Source of the DNA: Ignavibacteriota bacterium
GTDB lineage: Bacteria; Bacteroidota; Ignavibacteria; UBA10030
DNA: 64,000 nucleotides
Direction: 5' to 3'
Assembly: GCA_963833465.1 (NCBI GenBank)
Contig: CAWHXW010000002.1
Location: 195,393 to 259,392, forward strand
Shown: one piece after another, positions 19,295 through 28,874 of the stretch
How positions within the stretch are numbered: position 1 is the first letter of the stretch
Layout of the letters: every line of letters begins with the position of its first letter
The notes under the pieces: generated by a model
The model's database searches: none
Told to the model about the DNA's origin: nothing
Seen by the model: only the letters and a program-made list of their open reading frames with translations
Position numbers and translations under genes: made by a program

Positions 19295-20238
19295 TCATTT
19301 ACTGAGTGTACTATAAAATCTTCTCAAGGCAATCTGTAATTTACTTCCCACAAACATATCCTTTAATAGCTGGGAATTCTCTTCGACAGTTCGTTCCCCT
19401 GCAAGAATACATTGATCGATGCGGTGAAATTCATTCCAATCGATATTCTTTATATCTGGTTTGAGAACAATCGCAGCGTGGTGTAGATTTATGTCGTCAA
19501 GCTTGTTGTTTGTAACTTCAACCGCACGGATAACGATCTCATACCCATGCCGATGGTTCTCATACTTGCCAAGGGATTGGCGGACATCAACAGCAACGAT
19601 AGGATGCTTCGACAACGAACGAGCAGCCGGCACAGGAATCGGTACCTAGTAACTTTTCCATCAACAAAGTGATAACGGTCCATTTCAATAGGAGCAACAA
19701 CACCCGGAATTGCGGAACTTGCTGCAACAGCAGTGATAATGGACCCGGAGGTAAACACATATTCTTCACCAGAGGCTATATCGCTTGCTACAGCAGCAAA
19801 ACGAAGAGATAAATCGCTTATATCTCCTTCTTCTAGGAGTAAAGCCATCGATTGGATCAATGTTGTTTGTGCAAACTTTCCGTTTCCAAGTGCAGACTTT
19901 GACATGAAATATCTTTGTCGTAAGTGCGTGGCAAATCTATCCCACACAAAGCGAGAACTTTTAGTATCAGTGGCTGAAAATTGTTCCAATCCGATCTGTT
20001 TGTAAAAAGGTCCATTCAGAAATTCTCTGAATTTCTTTTCTACAGCATCCGCATTTTTAAGTTGAGAGTACATGCCGCCCACAACAGCTCCCATACTAGT
20101 ACCAACAATCAGTGATGGTATTAGCCCAATCCTCTCAAGAGCTTTGAGAATTCCAATATGTGCCAACCCGCGCGCTCCGCCTCCACCCAGAACTAGCGTG
20201 AAAGGACGAACCTTATTATGTGGTGGATTTCGCTGCAT
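19295..20238 (-). pseudogene. patatin-like phospholipase (RssA-like), split by one frameshift
   Basis: The GGGARG oxyanion motif and the GTSMG nucleophile elbow are present. The frame breaks after HFVDGKVTR (about 19645-19655). The sequence VPIPVPAARSLSKHPIVAVDV continues in another frame. The span is 944 nt (3n-1), and AGGTACC read as AGGGTACC would repair it. Confidence 0.85.
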
Positions 20239-20870
20239 TATTTTTCTTTCCGTTCTTCTAAGGTGACTTCTATTTCATCATCCGGAAGATAGATTGACAC
20301 TTTCCGATAGTGAAGAGCGCCAACGTTGTCTATCACTACTCGTCCTCTGATATCGGGAGTTCCAGTCGTGTCAAATGTGAGAACATTGAACGCTCGTGCA
20401 TGTCCGAACTTCAGTTCTTCATCTTGCGAAAGCTTGAATTCCGCCGCTTCTGCAGCCAGCTTTCGTTTACTGAAAATAAACATTCCTCGCATAGCATGAC
20501 GTGAAGAGTCTTTGAACATATTTCGGAGTGTTCTCACAAATCGGATTGCATCATTGTTTAAGATCTCCGCAGGTTTTCTGGGAAGCCATACTGCGGATTC
20601 TTTAGTAGTGTCGGAGTGAACGCGAGCCCATGCTTTTCCTTCTTTATCATCCAGGGCTATAAAGAATTCTTCTCGTCCTTTACTATTCTTCCATGTTGAT
20701 TCACTGAAAAAGAATTGATCGGGGAGGTATCCTCCTATTTTCCCAAGTAAGGTGGCAAAGAACGGGCCATCCCACACTGCATCGAAAACCACAGTAACTT
20801 CCGCTGAATTCAGGATGCCTGCTAAAAAAATAAACATAAGAATGCCGAAAACCACTATTTGCTTTATCAT
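20238..20870 (-). CDS. hypothetical secreted protein
   Basis: It has an N-terminal signal-like segment (VVFGILMFIFLAGILNSAEV). Its stop abuts the patatin start at 20238. I recognise no motif in it. Confidence 0.5.
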   Translation of the reverse strand: MIKQIVVFGILMFIFLAGILNSAEVTVVFDAVWDGPFFATLLGKIGGYLPDQFFFSESTWKNSKGREEFFIALDDKEGKAWARVHSDTTKESAVWLPRKPAEILNNDAIRFVRTLRNMFKDSSRHAMRGMFIFSKRKLAAEAAEFKLSQDEELKFGHARAFNVLTFDTTGTPDIRGRVVIDNVGALHYRKVSIYLPDDEIEVTLEERKEK

Positions 20871-20993
20871 AGGATTGCAGATTCCTATTTTTTTAAGATC
20901 TTCCCTACCTTCACACTGATGGTAGTATAGGAAATTTTAAAAGAAATTGCACCGTGAAATAATGATTAAAATTTATCTCAAAATGTCCTTTGC

Positions 20994-21130
20994 TGTCAGA
21001 CTGAGCTTGCCTGCCCGCCGAAGACACGCAGGCGGGCCGAAGTCTGACCTATTGCATATTCCGTCACTTATCGACAGGCATTCGGCGTGAGCTCGGTCGA
21101 ACGTTCAGGCGAACGCTCAGGGCAACTCAA
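20994..21130. repeat. GC-rich structured intergenic element (REP-like)
   Basis: The hairpin is nested. The outer stem is GTCAGAC (20995-21001) paired with GTCTGAC (21043-21049), and the inner stem is CCCGCC...GGCGGG. It is followed by GTGAGCTCGGTCGAACG..GCGAACGCTCAGGGC. The GC content is strikingly higher than in the flanking AT-rich DNA. Confidence 0.45.
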
Positions 21131-21194
21131 AATCATTTTTAAGATAGCTTATGCTCTTTTTTTCATTTCCCTCCTTTTTTGTTTATCTTTTGTT

Positions 21195-21740
21195 ATGAGA
21201 AAACTTACACATGCCGAAATATCTTCCAGACGTTTACCGGAAGAACAAATAATAAATGCCTTGCGTGTTCCGCTGGTTGTTTTAGTAGATAATGTTCGTA
21301 GTTTATATAATGTTGGTTCTATATTCCGAACGTCGGACGGAGTAATGATTGAGAAACTCATACTTGCCGGTTTTACTCCTCATCCACCTCGCAAGGAAAT
21401 CGAAAAAACAGCACTGGGCTCCACGAAGAGTATTCCGTGGGAATATATCAAGCATCCAATTGAATCTATCCATACTTTAAAAAATCGTGGTTACAAAATT
21501 TGCTGTTTAGAATTGACCGATAGGAGCATCAATTATAACGATATCAATACAACCGATTTTCCGCTTTGTCTTGTTATTGGAAACGAGATTACCGGCGTAT
21601 CAAAAGAAGTTATTGAGCTTTGCGATTTGGCAATAGAAATTCCGATGTACGGCATAAAGCAATCGCTAAATGTAGCAGTTGCATATGGAATCGCTGCATT
21701 TGAGCTGGCGAAAAAATGGCGAAAAGGAGAAACTGCATGA
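21195..21740 (+). CDS. SpoU/TrmH-family RNA 2'-O-methyltransferase
   Basis: SPOUT motifs are present (NVGSIFRTSDG, LVIGNEITGVS, IPMYGIKQSLNVAVAYGI). The ORF-track GTG start at 21087 runs through the GC-rich repeat, so I prefer M37 at 21195. Confidence 0.8.
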   Translation: MRKLTHAEISSRRLPEEQIINALRVPLVVLVDNVRSLYNVGSIFRTSDGVMIEKLILAGFTPHPPRKEIEKTALGSTKSIPWEYIKHPIESIHTLKNRGYKICCLELTDRSINYNDINTTDFPLCLVIGNEITGVSKEVIELCDLAIEIPMYGIKQSLNVAVAYGIAAFELAKKWRKGETA

Positions 21741-22459
21741 TAATCATTGGCATTGGAGCAGCGGCATTCACCGCGACATTACTTGGCGGACTCTTTGCAC
21801 TTAGATTCAAAGACAAGCTTCATCTCATAACTGGTTTCAGTGCCGGAGCGATAATTGGGGTCGCATTTTTCGACCTCCTTCCTGAAGCTGTAGAAATGCG
21901 GAATAGCTATCAGGATATATCATTTATTTCGCTGATGATCGGCGTGGGATTTTTAGCTTACATGATTTTAGATAGAATGATTATTTTACATTCGCATCAT
22001 GAAAGTGATTGTGAAAATATTCGCCACCGTGGAATTCTCGGTGCCGGAAGTCTCTCGTTGCATAGTTTTTTAGACGGCGTCCTCATCGGAGCTTCGTTTC
22101 AAGTGTCTATGTCTCTCGGAATAATTGTTACTACTGCCGTCCTTACACACGATTTTTCCGATGGCATCAATACGGTTATGATGATTATGAGAGGCGGCGG
22201 AGAAAAGCGCAAGGCTCGCTTATGGCTTTTTATCGATGCGATTGCTCCGGTTATCGGCATCTTTACTACATTTTTCTACTCAATTCATAAAAACACGCTG
22301 GGTGCAATTTTAGGAATCTTTTGTGGATGTTTTCTCTATATTGGCGCCAGCGATTTACTGCCGGAAAGCCATCATGCTCACCCAAAAAAATTAACGACCA
22401 TTGCTACAATCATAGGAATTGCATTACTCTATGTTTTGATTCAATTGGCTAAATCATAA
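21737..22459 (+). CDS. zupT: ZIP-family divalent metal transporter
   Basis: The HSFLDGV and HDFSDGI motifs are present in a multi-TM protein. An ATGA overlap with the preceding gene supports the start at 21737. Confidence 0.8.
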   Translation: MIIIGIGAAAFTATLLGGLFALRFKDKLHLITGFSAGAIIGVAFFDLLPEAVEMRNSYQDISFISLMIGVGFLAYMILDRMIILHSHHESDCENIRHRGILGAGSLSLHSFLDGVLIGASFQVSMSLGIIVTTAVLTHDFSDGINTVMMIMRGGGEKRKARLWLFIDAIAPVIGIFTTFFYSIHKNTLGAILGIFCGCFLYIGASDLLPESHHAHPKKLTTIATIIGIALLYVLIQLAKS

Positions 22460-22726
22460 ATAAAGTTCTTTATTTCACATGAAATGTTATTTTGTAAAAT
22501 ATTAGGTTCTTAATCAAATGTATCCAAAATTTTAAGGAACGCGAATGCAAAATATTCTGTTTAAATTTTACAAATAAAAGAAACAATTGAAATAATATAA
22601 AAACTAAAATATTTTCTTGTCCAATTTAACGAATCTGCTTTAACAGTTATTGGTTAAAATGAAAATAGATTTTCAAATAAATTATTCTGAATTTATAATA
22701 CTTTGAAATTAATTAAGAAATAAATT

Positions 22727-23858
22727 ATGAATATAATAATCCCAAAAGAATCTCCTTCAGAATTGCGTATCGCAATGCTGCCGCAAAACGTTGATAAACT
22801 TGTTAAGAAAGGTGCCAAAATTATTATCGAATCTGGACTTGGCACTTCGCTTGGCATTTCGGACGAAGTCTATAAAAAAGCCGGCGCTTCCATCGAGAAA
22901 AACCGGAAAAAACTCCTGTCCTCGGGAGATATTATTTTACGTTTGCACAAACCTGATATAAAAGAAGTTGCCTCACTGAAAAAAGGATCAATTCAGATTA
23001 GTTATCTCGATCCATTTAATGAGCCAAAACTTCTTTCAGCTCTTGCCAAACGAAATATTTCTGCAATATCAATTGAGATGATTCCACGTTCAACACGCGC
23101 TCAGAAAATGGATGCGCTGAGCTCGCAGGCAAGTCTTGCAGGATATACAGCTGTGATTCTCGCCGCCGATAATCTAAATAAAATATTTCCCATGATGATG
23201 ACACCTGCCGGCACTTTACAGCCCTCGAAGGTATTTATTATCGGTGCAGGTGTCGCAGGATTGCAGGCAATTGCGACTGCACGACGTCTCGGTGCAAAAG
23301 TAGATGCATTCGACACCAGACCCGTCGCAAAAAACGATGTCCTTTCTCTCGGTGCAAAATTTGTTGAAGTTGAACTCGGTGAAACCGGACAAACCACTCA
23401 GGGATATGCGAAAACGTTAACGGAGGAACAATTAAAAAAGCAAAGAGAAGTTATGAAGCAATATTGTACTACTGGCAGATGTAGTCATTTCAACTGCGCA
23501 AGTTTTCGGACGTAAAGCACCGGTTATTGTAACGAAAGATATGATTGAGGCAATGAAGCCGGGATCCGTTGTTGTTGATCTTGCTATTGAAACCGGCGGA
23601 AATGTCGAAGGTGCAGTTCTTGGCAAGATCATAGAAAAGAACGGCGTAAAAATTATCGGCCTGTCAAATATGCCTGCTCGTGTGGCAATGAATGCCAGTC
23701 AAATGTATGCTAACAATTTGTCAAATCTAATTGATGAATTTTGGAATAAAGAAAAAAAAGAATTTGAACTGAAACTTGACGACGATATCATCAAAGGATG
23801 TTTGATTACTCACGGCGGTGTCATAGTTCATCCTAATTTTATTATGCAACCTAAATAA
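22727..23858 (+). pseudogene. pntAA: NAD(P) transhydrogenase subunit alpha part 1, split by one frameshift
   Basis: It has an Ala-dehydrogenase/PNT-type N-terminus and the Rossmann motif IIGAGVAGLQAIATARRLGA. The frame breaks at about 23458-23466 (AAGCAATATTG). The sequence ...LLADVVISTAQVFGRKAPVIVTKDMIEAMKPGSVVVDL continues in the next frame. The span is 1132 nt, which is 3n+1. Confidence 0.88.
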
Positions 23859-23885
23859 AAGAAATCTCACAAAGGATAATAAGTT

Positions 23886-24176
23886 ATGTTCCCACTATTT
23901 GAATCATTTTATATACTAATTCTTGCCGGGTTCGTTGGATTTGAAGTTATCAAACGTGTAACACCAACGCTTCATACGCCGTTAATGTCTGCAACCAACG
24001 CTATCTCTGGAATTTCATTAGTCGGTTCACTCGTCGCTGCTGGAAGCGATCAATTTGTTAGTCAAATGCTTGGACTCGTAGCAGTGACAGCTGCAACCAT
24101 CAATGTCGTTGGCGGGTTTATGATTACTGAGCGAATGTTGAAAATGTTTAAACGGAAGGAGCGGAAACAGCAATGA
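23886..24176 (+). CDS. pntAB: NAD(P) transhydrogenase subunit alpha part 2 (membrane)
   Basis: It is a 96-aa three-TM protein sitting between pntAA and pntB. Confidence 0.88.
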   Translation: MFPLFESFYILILAGFVGFEVIKRVTPTLHTPLMSATNAISGISLVGSLVAAGSDQFVSQMLGLVAVTAATINVVGGFMITERMLKMFKRKERKQQ

Positions 24177-25549
24177 CAAACTATCCGCTCGAAATTACTT
24201 ACATCATCGCGTCCGTCCTTTTTATTATGGGATTGAAAGGACTCGGTCATCCCGAATCCGCGCGCCGTGGAATGCATTATGCAGAAATTGGGATGCTGAT
24301 GGCAGTTGTCGGAACATTGCTTGGTCAAAATATTGTTACGTGGCAATGGATTCTAATTGGGCTTGTGATTGGATCTGCTATTGGCACTATGATGGCAATT
24401 TTCATGCCGATGACGGCGATGCCCCAACGAATTGCAATTTCGCATGCATTTGGTGCACTTGCCGCAGTACTTGTCGGTATTAATGAATTTATCGTAAAGT
24501 GTTCTGAAATTTCCAGCGGACTTATGGGAGCGCTTGGATTTGAAGTACTCTTCGGTTCGCTTACTGTTACCGGAAGCTTAATGGCATTCAGCAAATTACA
24601 AGGTTTGCTGAGAAGCGAACCGATAACATTCAAAGGACAAAATTTTATCAACATCTCTCTATTTTTTATTACAGTTGGAATGTTTGTTTATCTCGTTTTC
24701 TTTCCGCAAAACACTCTCATCTTTGGCACTATGATTGCACTTTCATTCCTAATCGGCATTTTTATTGTTATGCCGATCGGAGGAGCAGATATGCCGGTTG
24801 TTTTATCGCTGATGAATTCGTACGCGGGACTTGCTGCTGCTGCGACTGGATTTGCCATTAACAATAAAGTGCTCATCATTGCTGGTTCTTTAGACGGTTC
24901 ATCAGGATTTATTCTTTCAATAATTATGAGTAAAGCTATGAACCGATCCTTTGCAAATGTACTGTTTGGCGCCGTCGGTTCTCCGCAAATTGATACATCA
25001 AAACTTCACGAAGATCGGCCTATCACAAAAATTAACGTTGAAGATGCAAAATTTATTCTTGAACAAGCCGATCGTGTTGTTGTTGTTCCCGGATACGGAA
25101 TGGCAGTTGCACAAGCGCAGCATGCAGTTCGTGAACTCAGTGATGAATTAGAGAAACGTGGAACGAAAGTTGAATTCGCTATTCATCCGGTTGCGGGACG
25201 CATGCCCGGACACATGAACGTACTTCTTGCCGAAGCAAATGTATCTTATGATCAATTACAGGAAATGGAAACAATCAACCCAACAATGGATACGGTAGAT
25301 GTTGCAATTGTGATCGGTGCAAACGATGTAGTGAATCCTGCGGCTCGCACAGATAAAGGCAGCCCGATCTACGGCATGCCGATTATTGATGTGGATAAAG
25401 CGCGAACAGTTATTGTGATGAAACGTTCGATGGCAACCGGATTTGCCGGTATCGAAAATCCGCTCTTCTATCAAGAGAATACTAAAATGTTATTCGGTGA
25501 CGCGAAGAATGTCCTACAGCAATTAATTGCGGAGTTTAAGAAGAATTAA
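24173..25549 (+). CDS. pntB: NAD(P) transhydrogenase subunit beta
   Basis: It has a multi-TM N-terminus and a C-terminal NADP(H) domain (PGYGMAVAQAQH, GANDVVNPAA). Confidence 0.95.
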   Translation: MTNYPLEITYIIASVLFIMGLKGLGHPESARRGMHYAEIGMLMAVVGTLLGQNIVTWQWILIGLVIGSAIGTMMAIFMPMTAMPQRIAISHAFGALAAVLVGINEFIVKCSEISSGLMGALGFEVLFGSLTVTGSLMAFSKLQGLLRSEPITFKGQNFINISLFFITVGMFVYLVFFPQNTLIFGTMIALSFLIGIFIVMPIGGADMPVVLSLMNSYAGLAAAATGFAINNKVLIIAGSLDGSSGFILSIIMSKAMNRSFANVLFGAVGSPQIDTSKLHEDRPITKINVEDAKFILEQADRVVVVPGYGMAVAQAQHAVRELSDELEKRGTKVEFAIHPVAGRMPGHMNVLLAEANVSYDQLQEMETINPTMDTVDVAIVIGANDVVNPAARTDKGSPIYGMPIIDVDKARTVIVMKRSMATGFAGIENPLFYQENTKMLFGDAKNVLQQLIAEFKKN

Positions 25550-25706
25550 ATAAATTTATTATCAAATGTGAAGGAATAATTATACCAAAAAGTATTTTTA
25601 ATCAATTTATTCAATTATTGCCTATTCACCAAAATATTTCACAAGCTTTCCCATTCCAAATTTTATTGTATATTGTTTAAAACATTTCAACAAGGAAAGT
25701 CCATTT

Positions 25707-26792
25707 ATGCAAATAGGAATAGTCGGTATCCCGTTCTGTGGAAAATCCACACTGTTTCAAACAATCACAAAAACTCATATTGATCCGACTGCTCTTGCAA
25801 AAGCGGAAACTCATCACGCCGTTGTAAAAATTCCTGATATAAGATTGGATAAATGTTCTGAAATATTTTCTCCCAAAAAAACAATTCATGCGACTATCGA
25901 ATTTGTCGATGTGATAGGATTGAAAAAAGGCGAATCCGGCTCTACGCAGTTTTCCACCAACTTTCTCGCAAATGTAAAATCAAACGATGCGCTTGTGCAG
26001 GTTGTCCGCTTGTTTGCAAACGATACAGTTCCACATCCTGATGGATCAATCGATGCAATGCGCGATATCGGTGCATTTGAAACTGAATTTATCCTTTCTG
26101 ATTTGTCTCTTGTTGAAACCCGTATTGAAAAAATAAAAAAACAGCTTATGAAAATGCAGGATGAACTTGCCAAGCGTGAACTTCCTGTATTAGAAAAATG
26201 CAAGCAAATACTTGAATCCGAAAAACCATTGCGTGAAACTACATTTACAAAAGATGAACTTCATCTTCTCAAAACTTATCAGCTCCTTTCTATTAAACCT
26301 ATGCTCATCGCACTAAACTTAGATGAGTCTCAGTTAAACGATATTAATAATCTTGTAAAGCAAGTTGCTGAAAAGAAAGAAGGATTGAACACTAAAGTTG
26401 TATCTTTCTTCGGCAAAATAGAAATGGAAATGTCCGAACTTGCAGACGATGAAGCAAAAGTTTTTATGGAAGAATACGGCATAAAAGAATCTGCGCTCAA
26501 CACGTTAATTCGAGAAGCTTATGCATTACTCGGGCTTCAATCTTTTTTTACAGTTGGAGAAGATGAATGCCGGGCATGGACAATCAAAAAAGGAATGAAT
26601 GCGCAGGAAGCTGCCGGCGTAATCCATTCAGATTTTTTTGCAAAATTCATTCGTGCGGAAGTCGTCTCATACGATCACTTCATCGCAGCCGGCGGTTCTT
26701 TCGCCAAGACAAAAGAAATCGGGCAATGGCGTCTTGAAGGAAAAGAATATATAGTTAAGGATGGAGATATAATTTCCGTACGGCATAGCTGA
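25707..26792 (+). CDS. ychF: redox-regulated ATPase YchF
   Basis: The P-loop is GIVGIPFCGKSTLF. The C-terminal TGS-like part carries IHSDFFAKFIRAEV. Confidence 0.92.
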   Translation: MQIGIVGIPFCGKSTLFQTITKTHIDPTALAKAETHHAVVKIPDIRLDKCSEIFSPKKTIHATIEFVDVIGLKKGESGSTQFSTNFLANVKSNDALVQVVRLFANDTVPHPDGSIDAMRDIGAFETEFILSDLSLVETRIEKIKKQLMKMQDELAKRELPVLEKCKQILESEKPLRETTFTKDELHLLKTYQLLSIKPMLIALNLDESQLNDINNLVKQVAEKKEGLNTKVVSFFGKIEMEMSELADDEAKVFMEEYGIKESALNTLIREAYALLGLQSFFTVGEDECRAWTIKKGMNAQEAAGVIHSDFFAKFIRAEVVSYDHFIAAGGSFAKTKEIGQWRLEGKEYIVKDGDIISVRHS

Positions 26793-26859
26793 TAACTTGA
26801 AAAATGATATATATTTTTTAACATTCATTATTTCTGATTACTAATTAATTCAAAGGATA

Positions 26860-27447
26860 ATGAACATGATAAGTCTGCGTGGAACACAAACGGAAAAGAA
26901 TCTATTGGCAGCATTTGCCGGAGAATCTCAGGCTAGAAATCGCTACACTTTTTTCGCTTCCAAAGCAAAGAAAGAAGGTTATGAACAGATAGCTGCAATA
27001 TTTTTGGAAACTGCCGATAATGAAAAAGAACATGCTAAACGATTCTTTAAGTTCCTTGAAGGCGGAGCAGTCGAAATTACTGCGTCATATCCTGCAGGTG
27101 TTATTGGATCGACAAAAGAAAATTTGAAAGCTGCGGCAGACGGAGAACAGGAGGAATACACAAAACTATATCCTCATTTTGCAGAAATAGCTAAGCAAGA
27201 AGGATTTTCCGAGGTTGCTCTCGCTTTTCGCACGATTGCTCTTGTTGAAAAGCATCATGAAGCACGATATCGCAAATTGCAAAAACAGGTTGAAGACGGA
27301 ACTGTTTTTAAGAAAGAAAAAGTTATGCGCTGGAAATGCCGAAATTGCGGCTACATTCATGAGGGAAAAACTCCGCCTGCAAAATGTCCGGCTTGCGAAC
27401 ATCCCGAATCATTTTTTGAAATCGAAGTGTGGGACCAAATAGAATAA
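26860..27447 (+). CDS. rbr: rubrerythrin
   Basis: The N-terminus is a diiron four-helix domain ([23 protein letters not shown]). The C-terminus is a rubredoxin-like CxxC...CxxC (CRNCGY...CPACEHP). Confidence 0.93.
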   Translation: MNMISLRGTQTEKNLLAAFAGESQARNRYTFFASKAKKEGYEQIAAIFLETADNEKEHAKRFFKFLEGGAVEITASYPAGVIGSTKENLKAAADGEQEEYTKLYPHFAEIAKQEGFSEVALAFRTIALVEKHHEARYRKLQKQVEDGTVFKKEKVMRWKCRNCGYIHEGKTPPAKCPACEHPESFFEIEVWDQIE

Positions 27448-27593
27448 ATTCACATTTCATTTTTAGTTCAAATAACGCCATTATGAGATAAGCCTCCGGC
27501 TCTCACAACTTGAGGATATTCCTTTTTAGATCCTTAGGAATTGAATGTTTGTAATTTTAAAAACATTGTCATTTTCAAAAAACTGTAGGTGTT

Positions 27594-27616
27594 CAACTCT
27601 TAGGGAGTTGTTTTTT
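27594..27616 (+). terminator. weak candidate rho-independent terminator downstream of rbr
   Basis: The hairpin is CAACTC / loop TTAGG / GAGTTG followed by TTTTTT. The stem is short and lies about 150 nt past the stop codon. Confidence 0.3.
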
Positions 27617-27823
27617 CAAATTCTAATATTACAAATGTTTGAAGTTACGGCGTCAAGGAGATCAGTGTGGGATATTTTAGAAATCTTCCTCATTCAAACA
27701 TTATGATTCGGTGAAATTAACTTTCAAAGAGAAATAACACCGAGCAGTCACAAAATCTCTTTTAATAATTTTCGTCACAAAATATCCGCGTTAAGCGAAA
27801 GTATTTTGTATTACAAATGGCTT

Positions 27824-28750
27824 TTATTTACGCAACGCTGATAATTTTTTAAATAAATCTATTTCTTGTTCACTAAGATGATCTGGCAGTTGTATTGCAA
27901 TGGTCACGTACATGTTTCCGAATTCATTCTTTGTGCCATAGATAGGCATTCCGAGTCCTAATAATCTCAGCACTTTACCGTTAGGTGTTTCTTTTGGAAT
28001 GTCCACGTTGACAATGTTTTTTATTGTTTTAATTTTTGTCTTGCCGCCGAGGATGGCAGTATATAAATCGACAATTCTGTCACAGTATAGATCGTTTCCT
28101 TTCCGTTGGAATTCTGGATGCTGTGCGACTTTTATTGTGATGTATAGATCTCCATTTGTGCCGCCATTAAACCCGATGCCTCCTTTGCCTGTGACTCTCA
28201 ATATTTGCCCATCTGCAATTCCCGGCTTCATCGTTATTTTAATTGTCTGATCATTTATCTTTAGGAGGCGTGTCGTGCCATTGTAAGCTTCTTCGAGCGT
28301 TAATGTCGTCTCAGCTTCAAAGTCTTCTCCTTTTCTTGCTCTGCCTCTTCTCCCACTTTTTCCTCCACTTTGTTGGCCAAAAATATTTTCGAAGATATTT
28401 CCTAAACCTTCATCCCCGAACATTGCACTAAATTCTTCCTGGCTCATCGTACGTTCTTGGCCGCCGCGGCTGCCTGTGTACTTCGACCAATCGAATCCTC
28501 CGGGTTGTTGTCCGGCTTCTTCATAACGTTTCCAATCTGCTCCAAACTGGTCATATTTTTTCCGTTTTGCCGGATCGCTGAGAATTCCGTTTGCTTCGTT
28601 TATATCTTTAAATTTCTCCTCTGCTGCTTTGTCTCCCTTTGTTTTATCGGGATGATATTTGTTGGCAAGTTTTCTGTACGCCTTCTTGATTTCATCTTTT
28701 GTAGCCGTCTTTTCCACTCCCAATATTTTATAATAATCTTTATAAGTCAT
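27824..28750 (-). CDS. cbpA: J-domain chaperone, CbpA-like (no zinc-finger domain)
   Basis: It has the J domain DYYKILGV...HPD and DnaJ C-terminal domains. The CxxCxGxG repeats are absent. Confidence 0.85.
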   Translation of the reverse strand: MTYKDYYKILGVEKTATKDEIKKAYRKLANKYHPDKTKGDKAAEEKFKDINEANGILSDPAKRKKYDQFGADWKRYEEAGQQPGGFDWSKYTGSRGGQERTMSQEEFSAMFGDEGLGNIFENIFGQQSGGKSGRRGRARKGEDFEAETTLTLEEAYNGTTRLLKINDQTIKITMKPGIADGQILRVTGKGGIGFNGGTNGDLYITIKVAQHPEFQRKGNDLYCDRIVDLYTAILGGKTKIKTIKNIVNVDIPKETPNGKVLRLLGLGMPIYGTKNEFGNMYVTIAIQLPDHLSEQEIDLFKKLSALRK

Positions 28751-28874
28751 TGCCGTTTAATCCTTTCTTCAAAATTGTTTCTTGCAGCGATTTTAAATCA
28801 AATATATTCCTTTTTTATTGCAGACGTTCGTATTGTATTAGTCGGCATAATTTTAACAGCTGTTTTATTTTAAT

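Noticed and set aside
19082-19339. This is an 85-aa plus-strand ORF.
   Set aside because: It spans the palindromic intergenic element and overlaps the patatin 3' end. It is a typical spurious ORF created by a repeat.
21087-21194. The ORF track gives the TrmH-like ORF a GTG-initiated N-terminal extension.
   Set aside because: The extension is encoded by the GC-rich repeat and a hydrophobic low-complexity stretch. The conserved SPOUT domain begins after the internal Met at 21195.
27448-27823. The 376-bp non-coding gap between the convergent rbr and cbpA genes contains several small hairpins, so it could encode a small RNA.
   Set aside because: It has only short AT-rich stems, no recognisable ncRNA family features and no promoter-like pair. 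This is too weak to call.
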